Below are positions 45,901-64,000 of a stretch of DNA of 64,000 nucleotides, in pieces. The notes under the pieces are model-generated. The model was not told the DNA's origin and ran no database searches. It worked only from the letters and a program-made list of their open reading frames with translations. Position numbers and translations under genes: made by a program. Source of the DNA: Daphnia carinata (taxonomy: Eukaryota); contig NC_081331.1 in NCBI RefSeq assembly GCF_022539665.2, positions 2,852,001 through 2,916,000 of the forward strand, in the 5' to 3' direction. Positions within the stretch are counted from its first letter, which is position 1; each line of letters starts with the position of its first letter.

Positions 45901-48900
45901 ACCAGGCCAGCGACAGCGAATAAAAATAATAATTTTTGGCTGCGGAAACACGTTCGGTTTTCTGTTGTAAAACAACAACACATTGCAGAAATGAAGTGGG
46001 GGAGAGAGAGAGAGAGAGAGAAGACGACGGGAGGACTCAAATTAAAACATTGCAGATGTTGCGGAAGTTGGTTTCCCCTTACCCCACTTTCACCACACAC
46101 ATATATCCTCTTCTCGCCCTCATCCGGGGGAAATATATAGAAGCTGGGCAAAGGGGTCGCTGTGTATGTATACTAAAGGGAATTAGTGTGTACGGCCAAA
46201 CTCGTGAACACATACAGAAAAAGAGAGGGGGGATACGTGTTTTTGTATGTACCCAAAAATAAAACGGTTGGGCGCAGCCCGAGTTGCGCGCACACGCGCA
46301 CACACGGCCCATATGGTCCCTGGCCGGCCACCAGGGCGGAGGAGAAGGGGGGGGGGGGGTTGTATATTTCGTGCCGTAAAAGTTATGGCCAGAAGAGAGC
46401 AAAACGAAAAAAAAAGGGCAAGGAGAGTGTAGACACATCAGGATTGTTTAACGTAGAACCCGCGCCACCTCCTGTGTACCCCCCTCTCTCTGGTCCCTTC
46501 TTTTTTCCCGAGAAAAGGGCACGTCACAAAACAGGGTGGGGGAGAGAATGAACGAGGAAAAAAAAGAAGGGACATTTCACACGCTATATATTCCTATTTG
46601 CTGCGTGTACATTATTATTAAGTGGAGTCTACCGTATGTGATGCGTAATGCCCCGAGCGCAATTCATCGGTACATGCGCGAGTCCGTTTAAAAAAGGTCA
46701 TCTGTCCCGTGTATTTATTTACGCGCCTCACGAAGCCCGAAGCAAACAGCGAAACAAATAAAAATGAACGTGAGCAACGGCCGCCATTTTTTTTACTTTG
46801 AAAATAATGTTAGAAAAAAAAAAAAAAAGAATTCCTTTTAAAAGCGACATTGTCTTTGTTATTCCAATGGAAAAAAATGTTGTTTGTTTAGAAATGTGTT
46901 GATTGAAACCGCCTACGCTGATTGGCAACTACCGCACGTGTGATGAAATGTTGTACAAGTAGATTACATTATGCCATTTCCGTTTAATTAACATAAGAAA
47001 AGGAAGAGATAAATAGCGGTTAGATAAAGCAGTAGAGGTGGCGTGAATTTCCAAGAAATTTTTATATTTAGGATATTCACGAAAAAGAAGAAAAAAAACT
47101 CCTCACGAAGCTCGACCGGAAGGTGGGGATTTAAAAAAGACGGATGACGACGATACAGTTGTGAAAGTTTCCGTGTAACAAGCGTCGTCGTCGTGTTTAT
47201 TATTACCCAAATGTCTGGCATTCAGCTAACGTTTCTCACCCAACCCGAAATGATACGATGACACAGTCCACCGAAAATTCTTTGTTTCCTCCCGCATCCA
47301 TTGCGTGTTTTTCTCTGTGCGTTTGGCAGAGGATACTCTCCGACTTCCGCAACGATAAAAAAAAAAACACAGGCACACACAAAATATCTTGGCGATGTGT
47401 ACTGCACAAAACAGACGTTCCACACAATTCGAGTGAACGTCAGCCAGTTATATTATACGACAATAATAACAAAAAAAAAAAGATTGAAGATAAAAAATAT
47501 GTTGCATCTTATTATACAAAAAGCGAATGGAACAATGACTTTTCTCGAATAATAAAGAGAACATCCTCTGCACGTCTGTTGAGTCGTAATATCCCAAAAA
47601 AAAAAAAAAAAAATTCGTTGTCGTCTCTATTTTCGGCAGCCATGTTGCATAAATCTTTAAAGAAAAATTCATTGCCTTATGGAAAAGGTCCGCGGCCAAT
47701 GGACTTCCCAATTGGAAATGCTATTCGTTTTTTGTTTTTTTTTTTAAGTTGTTATTCCATTATCTCTGTTGGACATGTAATGAAATTTTTTTTTGGTCGG
47801 TTCCAAAAACAAACTTAAACAATAAAGAAACAAAATAAAAGGATGAGCATCTGGGGGAGTACGTAGAAATTCTTTTGTTGCGACACAGTGCTCCACTGCG
47901 AACGCAATTTACGACGAAACGTTTCACATAAATCGTAGCGAGAAAACACTTGACCCAAATATCATCGTGAGAATTTCGTGTGGTGAAACACAAACAATGT
48001 TGTTCGCTTCTGATGGCCGTTATTGAGATTGACGTACGGAGGGAACGCAATTGCTGTCAAACAAATTCAATCATTCGAATTGAAACCTTTCAACACGCTG
48101 CGTTAAACGAATCATTGATTGGACAAATGATGAGGGTATATCGTCGCAGAGTTGGTTCTCTATTTTCGGGTTTCATTAGGAAATGACATCACGCTGTGCG
48201 GGAATGTAAGCGCCGTCAAATAAAAAAAAAAGCCGGGTAGACAAAAAAGAAAAACAAAAAAACAAAATTGGGTTTTCACTCACCGTTTGCCAACTAGCAG
48301 CAAACACATTGAAAAAAAAAATACAGGACAGCCACATATTTTCTTATAATATGTAAACCCACATAAAAAAAAATGAATGGCTATCTCTTCTAGACTAAAA
48401 CTTGGGAATCCACTAACGCAAAAAAGAATAACCGTAAGAAAACTTTCCCTCTCTATTCTATCCATACGTCCAAGGTTTTTTTTTTTTTTTTTTTTTTCGC
48501 TAGTGATCACATGACATCCCCCTTTTTTTTTTAAATTGGATGTATGTCTGAAAGGCAGTCTCCCTTTTTCTACGCAACTAAAGAATTTCAATCACGTCCG
48601 TGCAGCGGTGGCGCGTCGGCAGTTGCTTGTTTCCTTATAAGTCGCATTTATTTCATTTTATTTTACTGCATTTGACCATATGGTTATACAACGTGAAATG
48701 AAAAAAAAAAAAGGCTTTACTGTGAGTTTCCCCTTTTGAAAATGTTCGTCGTTGGTGTCTGAAGAAAATGCCGAAGACGTGGAAGAAAAATGGCGGCGAT
48801 CAAAGCAGAATGAAAGATTGGATTTGGATCTTTCTGGTTAACTGGACGTCAACTCTTTCAAGCCTTTCTATTGGCTGGTCCAAACGCGGTGGCTATAGTA

Positions 48901-51900
48901 CTTTCTGTACGTGAAAAAAAAACAAAAAAACTATTCCGAAAATGGACACAGGCCAGAAAAACCGGAACGCCGTGTATACATTCTATTAAAACGTGAAAAT
49001 AAAACAAACAAAAGTGACATTGGCACAGACGACATCGCAACGGGTTAAAAGAAATTCACGTTTTGTGCGTAATGCGAGACGGAGAGCAAAAGTCGATGAA
49101 TGAGCATGAATAATCAGCTATTCGTCGGGTTTCTTTTTTTCCTTGTAAACACACAGCCCCCGTCGGTTGAACCGTCTGAAACTTGAATTGCATCCCTCTT
49201 TTTTAAAAATTAAGAAAAATATTTGGGTGTAACCGAGAGCCCCTTTGCCTTGTTCTCCCCTCAGAACCCAGCGAGATTGATGAGTGTTTGATTTACATCG
49301 GCCAGCAGCGGCCATCTTTAAACCAGAACCCTGGCGACTGGTTAAAGGAATGCATATTAGATATCACGACGTGTCTATATAACCCGCTCTGTGTCCGATA
49401 TTACATTTCCGCATTTTACGAGCTAGGCCAACCGCCCACCCTTTTATTTTTGATCCGTTGGCCTCCCACCCTCGCAACGTGAGTCAGTAGCCCCTCACGT
49501 CCCCATCGTTCGGAACATTTTCTTTGCACGTCTAGAAAGAAAGAAAAAAAAAAATGTAATCTAGGCGCGCCCTGACTGGGAATATTATTCGATGTTGATT
49601 AACCCTTTCTCTCTCTCTCTCTCCCACCAGGATTTTTGTGAGATCCGGTTTTGACCCCATTTTTTTTTTTCTTTTTTTCTTCGGGAGAATGATGAATAAT
49701 AAGCCGATTGTTGTGTGGAGGTTATAACGAAAATCAACAAAAATGAAAGGCCACATTCTTGTTTAATAGTCGGCGCCCTCGCCGCCACATTTAACCGTCA
49801 ATTAACAAAAAGGGAATTCAGAAATTCTAATCGAAAGTTTTGGCCGCTATCAAAATCGAATCAATTCCTTTACGGTTCGAACCAGCACACACACACAAAA
49901 AAAAAAACCGAAACGAGAAAACAAAAAAAAAAAAAAAAAGAACATGAAAATCGGGGGAAGATTATGAATGAAATGACTCCTGCTGATAGGAATGTTCTTT
50001 CCAGCTCGCACGACAGTTTGTTAAAAAAAAAAAATAAAATAAAATAAAAAATAAACAATCTACTTAACGTTTTGAATATCTTTGGATCAACGAAAACAAA
50101 TTTTGGCGTCTTCAGCAAAATAACAATAGAGACCAAAAAAAAAAAAAAAAATTGAATGCATAATATAATAAGACGCACATATGGATGAAAGTGATGGGGC
50201 GGGCTTTGTCTTCTTTTCCCGGAGCAAAAAAAAAAAAAAAGGAAGGACGTATGCGACGCAGTTGGACGACGGCCAAAATCGGGAGAGAGAAAGGGGGGGA
50301 GTTGTACGTGAAAGAAAAAGTGAAGAAGGAGGAATATATTGAAGAAATTAAACAGAAAAAAATAATACAAAAAGAGAGAGAGAGAGAAATGTATACCGTT
50401 TTTCTTGGAACGTAGGAAGGAAATAAAAGACGCTGTACGAAAAAAAAAAAAAAAAGTATTTGATGAAGCTCAAAGTTATTGGAAGAGGCCATTTTTCATA
50501 GAAGAGGCCCCCCCGGCAAAAAAAAAAAAAAAAAATATCCCAGAGATTTGTTATGTTTTGTAATAAACAACACAAGACGCACCCTGATGAGCTCTTTAGG
50601 ATGAACGTCGACCCTCATTAGTGAACGACGGTGTGTCGAAGGGGATTAGAGCAACACACACACACACACACGAAAAAAAAAAATGAGCCCGTTATTTTGA
50701 AAGGGTCAAACAGAAAAAAAAAAAATAAATAAAAAGCGGGACACGCCAAAAATAACCCAATGATTGGCGTCAAAAGCCCTGATTCCAATCATCTCACACG
50801 CGTCTAGAACTGTTGACATTATTAACAATAAGAAAAACGTATTCGATTATTTAGAAGGGAAAAATAAAAATTCTTCTCTTAAAGGAAACGACGAAAAACG
50901 AAAAGACACGACATTCCCCAAGTCTCCGGGATCCATTTACGGCCAGATGTTTTTTACTTGAAAACTCCGGGAGGTTTCAGCACATCTCCCCGACCTTCCA
51001 AATTATTCCGTGTTGCGTTCGGTTTTTTTTTTTTTTTTTGTAAAAATTAAAAAAAAAAAAAAAAAAAAAAACACTGAGCGGCACCGTTGCGTGAATACCA
51101 AATGAACGTGAATGTTTTGTAACCACTCTGAAGCTGCCATCGCGTCACGTCCACACAAACGCAAAATTTTTTGTTTAAACGCTTTAAAATAAAAAAAAAA
51201 GAGTTAAAATTTTTTTTTTTTTCGAATTTTTGTAAGATATATTTTTTGTTTCATCTTAATTTTTTTTAATCTTTTTTTTTTTTTTTTTTTTTTTTGTTTT
51301 TCATTGGAACATGGTATAGCAATTTTTGTCGCGTTTATCTTTGCAGATTCGTTTCTCGCTCTCGGTCTGTTTATCTTTGTTCAAGAGGAAATCAATTGCA
51401 AGCACTTTTTTTTTTTTTTCCGAGAATCAAGATCGAGAGGAGAAGATCACGACTGCGACATACACACAACATGGTCAACGATGCGTACACACACCGAAGA
51501 GGAAGGTAATTTTTTTTTTCGGGCAGGGGTAATATAAAAAGAAACAAATGAAGCCATAAATTTTTTTTTTTTTCATTTTTATATGAAAAAAAAAAGGAGG
51601 GAAGAAACAAACGCGGGATAAAAACAATAAAGATCGATATTATTTTAAAAAGGGCAAAAAAAAAGGGGGCGAGGACAAGATATTTAAAAATAAACGGAAG
51701 TGAACACAATCGACGCAAAATATTTTTGCTTGTCAACGTTACGCGAAAAATAAAAAGAAAAAATGGTTGGGAGCAAAATAGAAGAGAAGGTTCTTTATAT
51801 TCAAAAAGAAAAAAATAACACGGAGGAGAAAAAAAAAAAAAAAAAAAAGGGAGGACGCATTTGTTTGTGCTGGAAGTCAATTTGTGTTTCAGTCTTTTGA

Positions 51901-53167
51901 TCGGATAGAAGAATGTTCTTTTTTCTTCTCGGTAAAAAAAAAAAAAAAAAGAAAATGGGATGAAAAAAAAATACAAGTCACGTGGGTTCAAAGAAGATAT
52001 ATATATATTTTTTTGTTGTTGTTGTTCCTATCATCGGGGCAGCGTGAAAAGCATCAGCGGGAGAAAAGAAAAAAGAAAATTTGTGTACACATATGAAAAA
52101 CACGCGGTCCACCACAAAATTTATATATAATATATATTTACTTTTCTTATTTTTTTTTTTTTAACTCGATCCCCCCCCACCCCCTCCTTAAATTGTTTCT
52201 GTTTTTTTTTTTTTATTAAAAAAAAAAAAATTTATCGAACTTCAAAAGAGAAAAAAAAAAAGCATGGCGTCGCAAAATTATTCAGAAAAGGATTTTTTTT
52301 TTATTTGATAAGCTTTTATTCTTTGCCCTAAACCGGCATTTTTTTAAAATTTCTCTATCAAGCAGAATCCCATTTTTTTTTTTTTGCCGCCTCTTTAAAG
52401 ACGAAGATATAAAAAAAAGGAAGGAGGCAGAAGGAAAAGATGGGATCGGAATTTCAATAGAATTTATCCAGTTTTTTGTTGGGCACGGGTCGTCAGTAGG
52501 GGAAAAAAAAAGAAAAATGCATTTTTAAAAGATCATCACACTTGGCTGAACGGTTCTTATAAAAAAAAAACTAGAAAAAAAAACAAAAAAACTTCCTCTT
52601 GTTTTGTTCATTGGACGATAGGGGCACTGTAAGAAGAAATAACAGAACCCACGATAATCAAAAGTGAAAAGCTTTGGAAGGAGAGAGGTACACGACGAGT
52701 ATAACGAAATCGCCATTGCGCAACAACGTCAAAGCTTCAAACTATAAAGAGTTAAAAAAAAAAAAAAAATTAATAAAAAAATATGTAATATATATTTTTG
52801 TTTTAATGTCAGCTACAAGCTCACGTCAAGCACGGGGGAGGGGGGTTGAACGACTGAAACATTATAATTTTTTTTTTTTTTTTACGTTTTTTTTTTTGTT
52901 GTTGCTTTAAATAGAAAAATCATTGCCACATTTTTTTTAAAAATTGCTCCGTTTTGCCCAATTTTGGTTGTTTGTTTTTCCTTGTTCGATGTGCGGTGGC
53001 CGCAGACGCGTGAAACATTTTTTTGTTTCATAACAAGAAAAAAATAGAAAAAAAAAGTCGCAGGAGAAATTATCCTTAATTAAAAAAAAAAAAAAAAGGT
53101 GTAACAAAAACAATGCGGTGTGTACAAGCATCCACCGAAATAGAAAAAAAAAATTTCACGCCGTTCT

Positions 53168-59933
<6,766 letters not shown>

Positions 59934-62900
59934 CTACAGGCAAAAAATAAAAAATTTCCAAAATAAACATTTCAGTTGAAAACACATTTTTCAAAATAAA
60001 TAAATTAGTAAGAATAATAAAAGAAGAAAAAAAAAAGGGGAGAGACATTTGAAACCGGATGCAATCGATCGATGTTGCAACCTCGTCAATGGGGAAGCCT
60101 CGTCTCACCGGACCGGCAATTTCGAAAAAAAGGGTTGGAGACGAGCTGGAATAATTCCGCTTAATCACGCGACTAATGCTATAACAGACGACAGCGCGGA
60201 AGACATCCGCACCACATTTAATCAATATTGCTTTCCTCGTGCGTTTCGAGTCTGCGTCCCCCCCCCCACCCAAACACATCACCCTCTTTTCACGAACGAC
60301 ACGCTTCATTACGGCAAATCCGGCGAAATCCACAACATGTGAACGACAAGTTTTATAATGTTGATATTAACCATCCATTGGGTGCAAAAACTGCAATCTC
60401 CTTCGTAACACTCCCCTCACACACACAAAAAGACAAACAAAAGCCTTGGCGCAAAAGGGGGGGATTGAACGTAACAACGATTCCTACCTTCCTGGACGTT
60501 AACGTTAGTGTATATTATGACTGCCACAACAGTGCACTTTAAAAAAGAAAGAAAAAAAAAGTTTGTCTGCCAAAAACTAAACCTTTTTTTCGGGCTCTTG
60601 TATTTACTCCCTTCCGGCCTTTTAGTAGTATTGATCTTTGCGCACGCAACCCTGTTCCCTCCGCCCTCCGCACATCGATCCGTCTCAACGTTATTCAATC
60701 TCTTAAGGGGCCCGTACCCAATTCTAATCCACGTTTTTTTTTTTAATGCACACACACACACACACCCTGCCAATCAGGCATCTAACACAAAATAAATAAA
60801 AGTGCATCATTCTTCTTTTTCATTTACAGTGTGGCACAGACAGGTTGCCATTTATGTTCGGTTTCGCCCTTTTTTTTCTTTTTTTTTTGTAAATAGAGAA
60901 AAATCAAATGAATTAATTTTTGGTTTTATTATTGTTATACACGTGAACTATGACCGCACCCTTCGAACCGACCTAACCCTTAAAGGGCGTAACCCTCTGC
61001 TTCTTTTTTTTTTTTTTTTTTTTTTGGCGGAGGGAGAAAAAAAGAAAGGAGGGGGGGGGGACTGCAATAATAATAACTTAATCCGCCCAATATTCAAAAT
61101 ACAAAAAGGGCAGTGGTAATAAACTCTTGTCTGACATCAACACTGACGTCATTTTCTCAACCAAGTGGGCATAAAAAAAAAAAAAATCTTACACCCGAGA
61201 ATGCAGTTAGACAATCAAATAAATATATATATATATAAAAAAAGAAAGAAACAAAGAACCAATGTAGCGTGAACAAGAAGAATAGCAGACGGGAAATGCG
61301 GCATCGGACCGGAAGTCTCCTCTCTCTATTGGTGCGTGTACGTGTGTGTGTGTGTGTAGTCTAGACACACACTCGTTACGCTCCACCGTATTTTTCCATG
61401 CATCGAAAACATTGTTATGATCGTCAATGGCCACCGTGATTGGCCAGCTGTTTCGTTGTTTTTCAATTGTTTCATTTTCTTCACTCTCAAAAAAAAAAAA
61501 AAAAAAAAACATTAAAATGACCTGTATGTTGTATATAAACATGTCCGCCAAAGAAACTAACGGAGCGATAACGAACACAGCGGGGATCCCTCCCGGGAAA
61601 GAACAAAAAAAGAATTATTCAACAAAGAAAATCACGGGGCATACGTTGATAATAGAAAAACAAAAAACAAAACAAAAAAGAGGGGGTAGTAAAGCACGAC
61701 TTTGCGGTTTTGATTGGATACCGCGACAAGATTAAATGGGGAGAAAAAAGCTTTTGGGACGAGCTCGTTAGCAGCTTGTCGGCCCAAGTTGACATTGGTT
61801 CCTTAATGGACATGCGGATTGGCTAAACACCAAAAAGAAAAAAAAATGACTCGTTGAAAAGAAAATGTGTTTTTTCTTTAAAAAATTATTTTTTGAGAGA
61901 AGGTCGCACGAAATGAATTTACGCCATCGTTTTCAGCCTTTAAGGCGACATTTGAAATTTTTTTTCAACCGTCTCCGATAACTTGTTGAAATTCTTTTTA
62001 TTAATTCTTTTTTTTTTTTTTTACATTCTCTGTTTCCTTTACATTCTCGAGTCTCGGATTCGTTCGCATCATTGACGAATTCCAAATTGGAATTTTTGGG
62101 CAGTATGCCATCGTTTCTTCTTGTTTCGATAATAAATCAAAAATTACCAATTTAAAACAAGAAAACCCCATCCATTCTCGCTAATCGACTGGGCCGTCTT
62201 AGTGCTAATGATGGCAGTATCCTTTTTAGTTCATTTTTTTTTTTTATGAAGGAAAAAAAAAACCTGTCTCTGTGGCTGGCCAGTCAAAAAGGGGTGGAGA
62301 CCCAAACCCATTTTCAGGTGGGGAGGGTTTCTTTCCTTAAGAAAAGAAAGAAAAAAAAATAGAAAGGTGGGCATAACTAAGGCTCTTATCTCATAGCACC
62401 ACCCGTGGCGATCCCACCTACCTCCCACAATCTTTTTTTTTTTTTCCTTTTGAAAAAGAAAAAAAAAAAAAAAGAAGAAAACATTCCAGGTTTAAACTTT
62501 TTTTCTTTTATCTCGTATCCTGCGGCTACAGCATTTCTTTTCCCCTTCGGATTTGTTTTTTTTTTTTTACACACGAGCGTTGTAAGGTGTAGGGGAAGGA
62601 GATTCATCGCCGCAGGGTAGTCAGGTGAAAAAAAAAATACAAAAATTCAAAGTGTACAACGCCATCTTTAAACCAGAATAAACCGGTTGGCGGTAGATTA
62701 GTTGAAAAAAAAAAAGACTTTCAGGAAATGGCAACAACAACAACAACAATTCAATTGTCTAGTTGGAACCGAGAGGATCGTTTCCGCAATGTTCATTGTA
62801 AAAGTTAGGCCCTAAAAACATTCAAGCGTGACTTTAGCCTACTGGAAAAGATGAGCCACCCCCCCCCCACCCCACTCTCACATTTGAAAAATGTTTTGTT

Positions 62901-64000
62901 CAAACAGGGAGAAAAATAGTTAACCCCTCCAATGTCCCGCCACAATTCCTAGTTTTGTATCTAAAAAAAAAGGAGAGAATAAGGGATTGTAAAAACGAGT
63001 GTACTACCTGTCAGGTTTTAACCAAATGAGGGCTGTAACACAAAAAAAGGGAAATAAACTCATCCGTACGTGTGGCGTCAAACGCACGATGGAATTTCTT
63101 TTGAATTCAAAAATGAAATGACGTCGACCGCAGAATAAATTTAAAACAAAAAAAAAAAAATTTATACCAAATTTGTTAGTGTAGAGTAGTTTGAAATACA
63201 AACCTCTCTCCCTCCCCTCACTTCCCCCCCCCCCCCAAAAAAAAAAAAAATTCTTTCTTTTGCGGTTAAGAAGTCGGTGATGCGAACGGTCAGTCGGTTA
63301 TTTGGCTACACGTGAGTTGGCCCACTGAGAGTCTCTGCACACCTGTCTTTGGTCAATTTCTTTTCCAAGGTGAAGATTCCAGACATTCGGTTGCCTTTCA
63401 GACATTAGCCGGGAATGTTCGTGTTGCAAAAAATAAAAGGAAAAAGAAACCACAGTGAAAAAAAAAAAGAAAAGAAAAAAAGTTGGCCGGATCTGTCATG
63501 GCAAACATGGCGGCTCCAGCTAGACACACTCATGTGTATGTATATACACACACACACGCCAACGTTCGTGAGACAGTGACCCCATTCACGTTGACCCTAC
63601 CCCGTCTTCCGTTGGATGGATACGTTTTGTACGTTCTCTCCGACAGACGGCCATTTTGATGGCGTGTCACAAGTTGACTAACCAGTTGAGAATGATTCGT
63701 TATCTTGAACCACTCAAGTAGATACCAAAGAAAAAAACGGGAGAAGGGAATGAAAATATTTTAATAAAAATGGCGGGAGAATATGAAAATTTATTCTTTT
63801 TTTCGGGCCATCTGTTTTTTTTTTTGTTGTTGCTAAAAACAAAAAAGCTAAGCTCGTTACGCGTTCGATTTTGTTTTTTTTTTTGAATGGTTTCCGTTTA
63901 GAGAGTAAAAACAGTAGAACTAGTACTGCTCCAACCTGTATTGTTACAAACGACCAAGTGGAAAAACTGGTTGATCCTTTTTTTCGTTCCAGACTCGATG

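Noticed and set aside
59934..64000. Search for the first coding exon of KLF6/7 (ending in ...WQQ)
   Set aside because: No matching minus-strand exon was found by eye. It probably lies beyond the window.

Overview
Intron-rich eukaryotic DNA from an arthropod. The ~60-130 bp introns and poly(A/T) tracts suggest a Daphnia-like crustacean, which is an inference. From left to right: (1) a compact housekeeping block on + containing the 3' end of an MCRIP/FAM195 gene, sedoheptulokinase SHPK, and topoisomerase III alpha with an upstream in-frame ATG encoding a likely mitochondrial presequence; (2) a ~28 kb head-to-tail cluster of ten secreted peritrophin-like genes, with about 38 six-Cys CBM14/ChtBD2 domains and Thr/Pro-rich mucin VNTR linkers, plus two pseudogene remnants, every gene having a GATAA motif ~130-200 bp upstream of its ATG; (3) a ~1.75 kb tandem array of ~705 bp units, each built of nested inverted repeats; (4) a possible spliced orphan/lncRNA region ending at a CTCF-like motif near 42 kb; (5) a low-complexity, gene-poor 22 kb region carrying the last three coding exons of a KLF6/KLF7 (luna-like) transcription factor on the minus strand. 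Exon structures were assembled by hand from splice signals and reading-frame continuity, with no alignments or searches run.
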